Positions 44,313-53,071 of a DNA stretch of 64,000 nt are shown one piece after another (positions within the stretch are counted from its first letter, which is position 1; every line of letters begins with the position of its first letter). The notes below the pieces were generated by a model that worked only from the letters and a program-made list of their open reading frames with translations, did no database searches and was not told where the DNA came from. Position numbers and translations under genes: made by a program. Origin of the DNA: a virus; the IMG/VR virus record IMGVR_UViG_3300017780_002571, positions 1 through 64,000 of that record. One strand, given 5' to 3'.

Positions 44313-45319
44313 GCAAATCCCTTGTCTAACCTGCAGAGGAACACGGCCAGCTCAGCATCGTAGGTGCAAGACAATAGGTCTACAGAGTTGGGAGCGGTAC
44401 TGAGGACCTTGCTCATACCTGTTGGAAAGACATAGACCGGATCAAACGTAATGACTCGGTTGCCAGTGGCATCTTGGCGAATACGAACGAAGAACTCCTG
44501 ACCATCTAGGGGGTTGGTGAATGGGGCCAACGATCCGTTTTGAATCATGGTTAGGCGGTACTTAGAGCCCAGCCCAGACCCCAGCGCGCTCATGGCACCT
44601 GAGGAGGGTATGACCACCATGGGGTTGCCATGTACGATATCCCCGGTGGAGCGCTGATGATATACCACTCGCCAGTTACTACCGCCTGTGCAAATTACGA
44701 GCATCAGGTCATTGATGTAGGGGCGTCGGTTCACGGCCCCGGGGATATCTAGGGCCGCGCTGTGGGTCATGATCGGAGCCCCGGTAAACCACAAGATGCG
44801 CATGGCCCCACTAGTGGCTCCTCCAAGGTTGTTGATGGTCGTGGAGCCGGAAACAACAACGAAATTAGAGGAGACAGCCCCCAAAAACATATTACCTGCG
44901 GAGGCCACTGTAGGCGCATCGGCAAAGTCCAAGGGGGTAGTAAGCTTTCCTCCACCGAACTTGCCGAAGATACCTCCCGGGCTAGAGCGCCAGTCCGTGA
45001 TAGAGCTCACCCCTCCAGCGTTCGTAACCACGAGGTACAGCCTAGCGTACCCGTTCCCGTTATTCCAGTTAGTGGTGCTGTTGGAGCTAGACACCACACC
45101 TGTAACGAGGTCCAAGACGATGTAGTTGTTGTTCAGAGAAAGGAGGGTCACAGTTCCATTTGGAACCACAACCCCGGCCCATGTTCCGCCCCAGAACCCC
45201 CAAGTAAGCCCTGCGGAAGTGGCAGGGTTTCTAGCGCCCATCTCGAAAGGCAGCAAGGCGGTAAAGTTGGCGTTGATTGGCAGCTCTGGGCTTACCTGAT
45301 TGGACAAGACGTTTAGCAT
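44309..45319 (-). CDS. Tail fibre/tail tip protein
   Basis: E.PIN.NF, GLTWGF.GG, C-terminal QDATG.R...F...F......LST..N.VD. Confidence 0.75.
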   Translation of the reverse strand: MLNVLSNQVSPELPINANFTALLPFEMGARNPATSAGLTWGFWGGTWAGVVVPNGTVTLLSLNNNYIVLDLVTGVVSSSNSTTNWNNGNGYARLYLVVTNAGGVSSITDWRSSPGGIFGKFGGGKLTTPLDFADAPTVASAGNMFLGAVSSNFVVVSGSTTINNLGGATSGAMRILWFTGAPIMTHSAALDIPGAVNRRPYINDLMLVICTGGSNWRVVYHQRSTGDIVHGNPMVVIPSSGAMSALGSGLGSKYRLTMIQNGSLAPFTNPLDGQEFFVRIRQDATGNRVITFDPVYVFPTGMSKVLSTAPNSVDLLSCTYDAELAVFLCRLDKGFA

Positions 45320-45330
45320 GTTGTTAGTAC

Positions 45331-47151
45331 CTAAGAAAAGAACATGGAGCCCTGCAGGGCATGACCCCTACCGACCACTGAAGACATTTGATACACGCGA
45401 ATGTACACCCGACTCTGGACCCCGCCAAACAACGTAGTCTGCTGGGCCAACGTGAGTGTGAAGTTAGGAACTGAAACGGTAAAGGTTGCCAACACTGTGG
45501 AGTACGCACTGGAAGAGTACACCTCAACTTGGTAGCTCTCACTGGTCTCCCCCAGAGGGGTTAGCCAGCCCGTAGTCCCAACCCACCGGGAGGACAGTCT
45601 GGTCCGTCTAGACCAACTGCAAGAATGAGTACCGTTAGCCTCGTCTGGAATGTTGGTAAGGCCAACTGGCGCATACGGGCGTAATGTGTTGCCTGTGAGC
45701 GTTATAGAAGCCTGCGCACGGGTACTAACCGCCTCGGCAGTCTGCAGGCCAGTGGTGATAGATTTGTAGTGCCTAGTGGTCCCTAGCAGCGAGGTCTGCA
45801 GCTTGGAGAACTTCATGGTCGGCTCTAGAAACACCAAGACCTCGTTGTTGGCGTGGGTGGTCATCCGGTGCCCAGTACCATAGCAGCCTCGAATCAAGCC
45901 ACTAAGGATGTACACGGTTGGGCTGTACAACACCGCGCTTCTAAACCTGATTATCTCGCCCCCAGTAACCAGCATATTCAAAGTGGCGTTCAGGGTCAGA
46001 CGCTCGAAGGTAACCCCCTCAGGCACGGTGCCCGGGTTATCCACTCGGACAATGATGGCAAGCTCTTCGAAATTCTCCACCCCGGATTTGGAGGCGTTCA
46101 ATAAGGCATGAGTATTATCCACCAGTAGCCCACTTGGAACCTTGCCTGTGGCTGGTCCGTTCGTACCCCAGTTGATAGGCACTGCGGAGCTGTTCGTCTC
46201 GCTGGTCTCGTAGATAGTGGCCGAGTTCCAAGAGCCCCAAGGGGAGGCACCGTACATCGGATCGTCTACGCCACAAGCAAGGTACACCCCCGGGTAATCG
46301 TCCACGTCTCGCAGCATCGGCAGGTCTAGCGGGAACATCAAGGTCATGCACTTGGGGATTTGGGCGGACTCCGGGTAGTACGACTGATCCGTACTGGACG
46401 TGGAAGTGGCTAAGGTCAGGGCAGAGTCTTGCACGCACTCCAACTCAATAATCGACCCGGAATCCATACGAGACAAGACCCTGAGACGGTAAGTCTTACC
46501 CGGAACAACAGTGGGAACCTCTCCCACCATGACCACACGAGACTTGTCCGTCACTTGGATGATGTCTGAAGGTTCAACCCCTGCGTACTTGAGGCCTACT
46601 CGAATGGTCGCAGTCAGTCTGGAGAATACCTTCTCCCGCACGATGGCGTCTGCGATCTGCTTGGCGTCCCTCGGGTGTAGTAGGAGAGGCAGGGAGACCA
46701 CCTTGGCAGCGGAGTGGGTGCCAGTCAATGCCTGAGACATCTGAGAGTCGGTCTGCTGATCATCCAAGATATTGGAGTACGTGACGTTGACTGCTGTGTT
46801 TGTCTCCAACCCGGAAGCCACTACCAAGGGCAAGGCGTCCGCCTCTTGCCCACCTAGGCTCACGAACCCTAGGTCTTCGTAAGGGATCGTGACCACTGAG
46901 TTAGGCGCAAACTCACGGTACCGAAAATACAGCTTGTCGCTAAGCCTAGTCTCGAAGTAGTAGGCCGTGGCCAAGATGTCGAGGGCAGATCGAGAGGAGC
47001 TAAGAGTGGACAGGGCGAGGGCACTCACACCAGAGTACTGTGAGTAGATGCCTGCGGTGTCTATGTCATCGTCGGCCATTCCCGCACGGCGACACAGACC
47101 ACGTACCACGGACCATAGAGGCTCGTTGCTGGAGTCAGACTGGAAGTCCAT
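45331..47151 (-). CDS. Tail hub/central fibre protein, C-terminal part (Phage-tail_3-like)
   Basis: V..LC.RAG, LDLP.LRD.DD, GEIIRF..A, LSGL.RG..GT, W.RRTR. Confidence 0.8.
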   Translation of the reverse strand: MDFQSDSSNEPLWSVVRGLCRRAGMADDDIDTAGIYSQYSGVSALALSTLSSSRSALDILATAYYFETRLSDKLYFRYREFAPNSVVTIPYEDLGFVSLGGQEADALPLVVASGLETNTAVNVTYSNILDDQQTDSQMSQALTGTHSAAKVVSLPLLLHPRDAKQIADAIVREKVFSRLTATIRVGLKYAGVEPSDIIQVTDKSRVVMVGEVPTVVPGKTYRLRVLSRMDSGSIIELECVQDSALTLATSTSSTDQSYYPESAQIPKCMTLMFPLDLPMLRDVDDYPGVYLACGVDDPMYGASPWGSWNSATIYETSETNSSAVPINWGTNGPATGKVPSGLLVDNTHALLNASKSGVENFEELAIIVRVDNPGTVPEGVTFERLTLNATLNMLVTGGEIIRFRSAVLYSPTVYILSGLIRGCYGTGHRMTTHANNEVLVFLEPTMKFSKLQTSLLGTTRHYKSITTGLQTAEAVSTRAQASITLTGNTLRPYAPVGLTNIPDEANGTHSCSWSRRTRLSSRWVGTTGWLTPLGETSESYQVEVYSSSAYSTVLATFTVSVPNFTLTLAQQTTLFGGVQSRVYIRVYQMSSVVGRGHALQGSMFFS

Positions 47152-47798
47152 TAGTTACTCGCGTAGTGAGAAATTTCAAACTGCAGATTAGGGATACTGC
47201 CAGACTCCCCGAGGTCCAAGTTCTCGATGAACACGGTGGTACGTCCTCGATAGGCAACCGCGTTGGCTATCCCCACAGCCGCCTCGTACACAGGGTCAGG
47301 CATTTGGCTGGGGTCCCCGTTGTACATGGTCATCCGAGTCCATGGCCCCGGGCCTCCGAATGTGGACACTACCTTATTGTTAGACCACACCTTCCTCAGG
47401 CTAGAGGATATCCGGCAGTCCAAAAGGTACAGCACGTCAATAGCGTAGGTGTAGGACGTAACCGTCTGGGCTGGGGCTGGGGGAGCTCCTCCGCCTTTAC
47501 CCCCGCCGCCACCACTGGTGGAAGTGTGGGCAGTCTCTTTTTTGTTGGAAGACCACACAACGTTCCCGGCTGAGCGTGGGTGCCCAATCAGGTAGGGAAT
47601 GACAGCCCCGTAACTGCTCGTACCACTGGACAGGTCTCGAAGCCGGGGACCTTCGCTTTTCTGCGGAGACCCACTGGCCTCTGGGGCCACGACCCCAGCT
47701 ACCACGCCACCCAAGGCCCAACCAAGCTGAGCCCCGGCAGGTCCACCAAAGGCGCCCCCTACGGCAGCCCCGGCAACTCTCAATACCATTTGTGCCAT
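47151..47798 (-). CDS. Tail hub protein, N-terminal part
   Basis: EGPRL.DL....SSYG..IP...G..R.AGNVVW, AYRG, IPNLQFEI. Confidence 0.8.
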   Translation of the reverse strand: MAQMVLRVAGAAVGGAFGGPAGAQLGWALGGVVAGVVAPEASGSPQKSEGPRLRDLSSGTSSYGAVIPYLIGHPRSAGNVVWSSNKKETAHTSTSGGGGGKGGGAPPAPAQTVTSYTYAIDVLYLLDCRISSSLRKVWSNNKVVSTFGGPGPWTRMTMYNGDPSQMPDPVYEAAVGIANAVAYRGRTTVFIENLDLGESGSIPNLQFEISHYASN

Positions 47799-47799
47799 A

Positions 47800-48231
47800 T
47801 CAGACTCCGTGGTATCGGAACATGCCAACCAGCTTGATGGTGGACAGAAACACCAGACGTTGCTCCACCACTTTCCCGGAACCACTGGAGGAGTGGATCA
47901 GGCTGCAGCGACCACCGGGATAGTCCCCGACGATGCCTACATGCTGAGGGTCAGACTCAATGGCGATGCAACACACGTCCCCAAGCTGAGCATCCTCAAA
48001 TGGGACCTCTCTCAGATTCTGTGCAATTAGTTGCAGAAAGCTAGTCCCATCTGGCACTCTGGGATAGCAGTTGACATCGAAGTTCGGATCAACAAGACCA
48101 AGATTTCTGGCCACCCCAATTACCAACCCCACGCAGTCCACACCCACCCCCTTCACCCGTGCTTGATGGTGAAAGGGAGTACCAAGCCAGCTTCTTGCCT
48201 CGGTAACAATGGATTCTTTTGAAACGGTCAT
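47800..48231 (-). CDS. NlpC/P60 tail-associated peptidase
   Basis: ARSWLGTPFHHQ..VKGVGVDC.GL..GV, HVGI, IH. Confidence 0.92.
   Translation of the reverse strand: MTVSKESIVTEARSWLGTPFHHQARVKGVGVDCVGLVIGVARNLGLVDPNFDVNCYPRVPDGTSFLQLIAQNLREVPFEDAQLGDVCCIAIESDPQHVGIVGDYPGGRCSLIHSSSGSGKVVEQRLVFLSTIKLVGMFRYHGV
48021..48036. repeat. 16-bp palindromic site
   Basis: GTGCAATTAGTTGCAG, in NlpC/P60 gene. Confidence 0.75.
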
Positions 48232-49091
48232 ACAGCGGACCTCGTTTGTTTGTCTATTCCCGGAATATGTGGCTCACCTTGAAAGTTGAGCACATTGTTC
48301 CATTTTACACGGCACTCCTCCAAGGTTTTCTTACACCCTGCAGTCAGATGCACCAACTCCCCCGGGGACACCGTGAAGTGCATTGGGAAGTCCAGAGTGA
48401 TAGTTCCATAATTGAAGCCACGTATGGTGGCAGACAGGCCGATGTTAGGTCCAGAGAGGAATCGAATCACCCCGTTGGTAAACCAGTCATACGGGTAGAT
48501 GTAGTAGTCGTCAAGGACCATGAAATACAAGCTGGTCTGAGAGCCAACAGTAGTCACAGCAACAGACGGCACTACCCGATTCACATGAGAAGCTGAACAT
48601 GGCGTGCTGTTGAACACGGCCCTGCAGGTCTTGGAGGTGATAGGCCCCACCGCTTGTTGCAGCTTCTGCTGTAAGCCTCGAAGCTCCACAGTGATAGTAG
48701 CCCCCTTCACCTGAATCTCCCCGAGGTGCCCGGTCAACAGGACCTCGGAGCCCCAACTGGGGTTCTCCCAACAGTACCTGCGTAGAGAGAACCTTGCACT
48801 GGTCCACCGCCCACAAAGGATATCGTCCTGAGTGAACACGGACCCATCATCGAAGGTGGTCAGCTCCATGTTATCCACGGATAACGTGTTGGTTGTCTTG
48901 ACCCCGGTAACGTCTAGCCCTACTGTGGCGCTCAGGGCCGGGAGGCCCGATATTACTCCGGCAGCTACCCCTTCGGCAGCGGAGGTGAATCCATAGACCG
49001 TACCGTCTTGACGTGTGATTACCAGCGCGTGGGCGACCTTCAGGTTCCCTGAGGCGTAATGCGCGAGTAGGGGGGCTGGGATGAATTTCAT
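48228..49091 (-). CDS. DUF2163/BR0599-like baseplate hub protein
   Basis: R.DG...GFT, CRA.F....C, GC.KT...C..K.NN.LNF.GEPHIPG.D. Confidence 0.88.
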   Translation of the reverse strand: MKFIPAPLLAHYASGNLKVAHALVITRQDGTVYGFTSAAEGVAAGVISGLPALSATVGLDVTGVKTTNTLSVDNMELTTFDDGSVFTQDDILCGRWTSARFSLRRYCWENPSWGSEVLLTGHLGEIQVKGATITVELRGLQQKLQQAVGPITSKTCRAVFNSTPCSASHVNRVVPSVAVTTVGSQTSLYFMVLDDYYIYPYDWFTNGVIRFLSGPNIGLSATIRGFNYGTITLDFPMHFTVSPGELVHLTAGCKKTLEECRVKWNNVLNFQGEPHIPGIDKQTRSAV

Positions 49092-52000
49092 TGGCGAATC
49101 TCACGAATACCTAAACCGGAAATACTGAACAGGCGCTCACCGTCTTCTTCTCGGAAGTTAACGAACTCACACGGCAGATGGTCCGTAGTGAACTTCACCC
49201 ACTTATCGAAGGTGCCAGTCCAACGAAGGTTCGGAGCATCTGCGTCCGTGCGCCCAGTGATGAGCCCTGTCTCAAAGTCGATGTTGTAATCCGTTTCACG
49301 TACCAAAAGAGTGCGTGCAAGTGTCGTTGGGTCCTGTGACCAAAGCTGAAACCCTAAGGGAACTGGCCTGCGAATAGGTACATCTACCATCGCCGCAACT
49401 ACTTGGTACCGCTTGAATAGCTGCAGAACGTTGGCAGTGGCAGTCAGAGAGGTTCGGCCCTCATCCCCAGAAGCCTCAAAGTCCTCCCAAGCCTTGAACC
49501 TAAAGGCTTGGGCTTGCCCTCTGCAAATCATAAAGAAGTTGTAGATGTCCACCAGCTCCAGACGGGTGTAGAGGTCCGGCCCCGTGGTCCACTTCCCAAG
49601 AGGGATACTCCAGTGAGAGTTACTGCTCTCGTGCCCGGAAACGCTGGTCACAACGGTGGTGCTGAACCCGGGTCCCCCAGAGAGGCCGTACCTGAATTCG
49701 GTGTTGAACCGAGGAGTGGTCGTAGGCAGCGGTATAGGCTCTGGATCAGGGGGATCAATAGTGGGCAGGGTGGTGAGAACCCCCACGGTACCGCGCTCAC
49801 TAACGAATACCCCGGCCACGGTCCCGGTGCCTATCCATGGTCCATTCACCAGCGTGGGGGTAAGGTTGTTGGTAGTCAGGCCATTACCTATGCCACCCTT
49901 AGACCCGTTACCCCAAACAAACACCTCTCCACTGGCGTTGTAGGCTGCTGCGTTCCAATCCCCCATAGCCACGCCAACCCAGTTGGTTGCCGTACCAATC
50001 TGTGCTGGTGCAGATAATGCGGAGGTGGTGTTTCCGTTACCGAGCACTCCAAGGGCGTTATTGCCCCATGTCCATAACGTACCGTCAGTCTTTACGCCAA
50101 TGGCGTTAGTCCCGTTCACCTGAACATCAAGCCATGGCCCCGCTGCAGCCAGCGTGAACATGCCGTCCTGAACACTCGTCGGAACTCCGTCTAGATATGG
50201 ATTCCCGGCGTAGTACAAGGCCCCGCCAACACGAAGGGCGAAAGTGGCACCAGAGGCTGGTTGGCGGCTTACAACCTTAGACCAATTGGTGTACGCCCGG
50301 GACTCCTGAGTTAGGACCGACTTGGAAGTGAAGTCACCCACTCCAAGTTGTCCCGCTGTGTTGAATCCGGTGGACCACAGCGTCCCGTTAGTACGGATGC
50401 CTGTAGTTCTGGCACTTCCTGTAGAGACACTAGCCCAAGGCCCTGCGTCGATAAGGGCAGGGGTGGGTCCTCCGGGAAGCTGAGCCATGTTCCCGTTCGA
50501 AGTACTGCCGAAGCCATACATGGCCCCATTAGCCTTTAGGGCAATGGAGTATCCATTGCCTGCAGCTACCTTGGCCCAGTCTGTGTCTGTACCGACTTGG
50601 ACAGGAGACGGGAATCGGTCCACCCCGGACTGACCACACTGGCTTGAGAAGTTCTCTCCCCAAGCCCACAAGGTACCATCTGCCCGGACAGCGAGAGAAT
50701 GCTCTGACCCCATGCTGAGGTCTCTCCAACTCCCGGTGATTTGAGTAGGGGACAACACGTCCACCAGCGTCCCCACTCCAGCCTCCCCGCTCGTATTCTC
50801 GCCCCATGTGTACAAGGCCTTGGGGGCTGGTGGTGTTGGCGGTGCTACTGGAGGGGCTGCGAGTATCCCCACTGCCCCGTACCCGCTAAGAGCGACTTGA
50901 ACTGCCGTACCCCATGGCCCTGTCACTTTTTTAGGGGTGTAGGAGTTAGCAGTCAGCCCGTCCCCAAGCCCACCACTGGACCCGTCGCCCCAAACAAATA
51001 TCTCCCCATCGGAGTTGATGGCCGCCGCATTTTGCCCAGCCACAGCCACCATAACCCAATTCGTAGCCGTGCCTACCTGAGTAGGGGTACTTATGTTGGG
51101 GGTGGTGGTCCCGTTGCCAAGTTTCCCGTAAGCGTTCTCCCCCCAAGCCCACAAGGTACCATCAGTTTTGACACCCAGTACGTCTTCTCCGTTCGTGCGA
51201 ACGTGCAGCCATGGACCCGGAGCTGATAGGTTGTACCTCGCCTCATCTAAAGCCCCCGCCACGCCGTCAAGGTAGGGGCTCCCGGTGTAGTACAGAGCTC
51301 CACCTGATCGCATGGCGAAGATGCTGCCCCCAGATTGACCCGTGGTACATAGGTCTACCCAGTCTGTGTACCCTCGGGACTCAGCCGTAAACGAAGTCTT
51401 TTGGGAGTAGTCGTTGTATATCCCTAGTTCGCCGCTTCCGTTACCGCCCGTGCTCCACAGCGTCCCGTTAGTTCTGAGACCAACGGTAATGTCATAGGCA
51501 GAAATAACCTTGGCCCATGGACCTGCGTGTATCAGAAGAGGGGTTGTCCCGCTAGCGATCCCGGCCATCCGACCACCGACGTTAAATCCGAATCCGTATA
51601 GGGCTCCGTTAGCCTTGATGGCAAGAGAGTAGCCGTTCCCGGCTGCCACTTTGGACCAATCTGTGTCCGTCCCAACTTGGGTTGGGGAGGTGCGCCGAAA
51701 AGGGGACACTGCAGGGGTGCCGCACTGACCGTAGTTGTTATCTCCCCAAGCCCACAGAGTGCCATCAACAGCTACCGCTAGGGAGTGATTAATCCCCATG
51801 CTTAGAGCAATCCAAGCCCCTGCCACCTGCGTGGGGGACAAGACATCCACCGTGCCCCCCTGCCCAGTCTCCCCGGAAGAGCTCTCACCCCACGTGTACA
51901 ACACACGGGAGGTTGGGAGCACCACGGGGGGTTGAGGGGTAAACGGCTGAGAGGTTAAGGTTAGCCCAGACCCACTCTTACTGATGGTCAGGGTGTTACT

Positions 52001-53071
52001 CGGCTGCCCATCGTAGAACGTATTGATGGTTGCGACCTGAAGACCAGATGGGAAGGCTGCCTCGTTTATGGATACGATCCTAGCGCCTGCCACATCTGCA
52101 ACTATGGTGTTTGGATTCGCAAAGGGATTAGCCAGAGCCCCTGCGGACCATGAGGTCGTCCATGTGAACGTAGTAAACGGCCCTGTTGGGCCAAAGCACA
52201 TGGCGGTGCCATCTACCGACTGATCCCAGAACGCGTTTATTGGGCTGTTCTCTCGGGCGAAGTACCCGTTGCGAATTCCACCCCAACCGACGCCCCAGCC
52301 AACTAATCCAGTAGGGCTGGCTGGTGGAGTAAATGCCGGAGGTGCTGGCCAATCATCCAGACCGGGGAATGCCGTTGTGTAGATTGAGGCTGGGGGTGGG
52401 GTTGCATACCGCTCAGCACCATCGGTGATCCGGTACTGACAGAAGTTTCCGATCATCCGCTGCATGGTCCCAGCGGCACCAATGACTAACGGGGTAGCGG
52501 TGTACGGCACGTATGGGTTGGCCAGACTGTCCTCTATGAACGGAGTCATCTGGCGGTCTACCATCAGCCGGAATCCGAAGCGCCCGCCTTGCGTGGTTCG
52601 GATGATGGCGATGTGAGTCCACGTCCACGCTTGGAACTCCCAGTCCGTAGTAATGGTCAGATCGTTGCCGTACCCAAAAGTCCTGAATCGCACATTCCCG
52701 TTGGAGGTCAGGCTTAGCACCCATCCGTTCGTCAGGTTCTCGTCACAGCAAGAGGCTATGGCGTAGTTATTCCAGCTCTCGCAGTTCACGAACAGCTCGT
52801 GGGTGTGGTGGCCCGTGGCCGGGAACGTGCGGGACGCCACACCGTTGACAGGGCAGAGCGGTACGTTAATCTGAGTTGGTGGGTTCCCGGACATCCCAAT
52901 ACTGGTATCCGCCCATGTAGGGTCCCACTGAAGCACTACGCTGCTCTCTGACACAGCCCCCTGCTTTTGGGGGGCGGCCATGTAGAACTTGGAGTGGTCC
53001 CGAGTCTGGTTGTCGTCGTAGGCCGTACCCTTGATCAACAGGGTAACGTTATTAAATAGTGAATCTGGCAT
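49088..53071 (-). CDS. Distal tail protein (DUF2460-like C-terminus) fused to LamG and two RCC1 propellers
   Basis: C-terminal YG.SGGP.FST.V....SG.E..N..W, FF....G....FRFK.W.DF; LW.WG.N..G repeats; WTHIAI.R LamG. Confidence 0.85.
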   Translation of the reverse strand: MPDSLFNNVTLLIKGTAYDDNQTRDHSKFYMAAPQKQGAVSESSVVLQWDPTWADTSIGMSGNPPTQINVPLCPVNGVASRTFPATGHHTHELFVNCESWNNYAIASCCDENLTNGWVLSLTSNGNVRFRTFGYGNDLTITTDWEFQAWTWTHIAIIRTTQGGRFGFRLMVDRQMTPFIEDSLANPYVPYTATPLVIGAAGTMQRMIGNFCQYRITDGAERYATPPPASIYTTAFPGLDDWPAPPAFTPPASPTGLVGWGVGWGGIRNGYFARENSPINAFWDQSVDGTAMCFGPTGPFTTFTWTTSWSAGALANPFANPNTIVADVAGARIVSINEAAFPSGLQVATINTFYDGQPSNTLTISKSGSGLTLTSQPFTPQPPVVLPTSRVLYTWGESSSGETGQGGTVDVLSPTQVAGAWIALSMGINHSLAVAVDGTLWAWGDNNYGQCGTPAVSPFRRTSPTQVGTDTDWSKVAAGNGYSLAIKANGALYGFGFNVGGRMAGIASGTTPLLIHAGPWAKVISAYDITVGLRTNGTLWSTGGNGSGELGIYNDYSQKTSFTAESRGYTDWVDLCTTGQSGGSIFAMRSGGALYYTGSPYLDGVAGALDEARYNLSAPGPWLHVRTNGEDVLGVKTDGTLWAWGENAYGKLGNGTTTPNISTPTQVGTATNWVMVAVAGQNAAAINSDGEIFVWGDGSSGGLGDGLTANSYTPKKVTGPWGTAVQVALSGYGAVGILAAPPVAPPTPPAPKALYTWGENTSGEAGVGTLVDVLSPTQITGSWRDLSMGSEHSLAVRADGTLWAWGENFSSQCGQSGVDRFPSPVQVGTDTDWAKVAAGNGYSIALKANGAMYGFGSTSNGNMAQLPGGPTPALIDAGPWASVSTGSARTTGIRTNGTLWSTGFNTAGQLGVGDFTSKSVLTQESRAYTNWSKVVSRQPASGATFALRVGGALYYAGNPYLDGVPTSVQDGMFTLAAAGPWLDVQVNGTNAIGVKTDGTLWTWGNNALGVLGNGNTTSALSAPAQIGTATNWVGVAMGDWNAAAYNASGEVFVWGNGSKGGIGNGLTTNNLTPTLVNGPWIGTGTVAGVFVSERGTVGVLTTLPTIDPPDPEPIPLPTTTPRFNTEFRYGLSGGPGFSTTVVTSVSGHESSNSHWSIPLGKWTTGPDLYTRLELVDIYNFFMICRGQAQAFRFKAWEDFEASGDEGRTSLTATANVLQLFKRYQVVAAMVDVPIRRPVPLGFQLWSQDPTTLARTLLVRETDYNIDFETGLITGRTDADAPNLRWTGTFDKWVKFTTDHLPCEFVNFREEDGERLFSISGLGIREIRQ

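Noticed and set aside
49775-51900. DGR template/variable repeat pair
   Set aside because: Both copies are in-frame coding propellers, differences are not adenine-specific, and no reverse transcriptase is in the window
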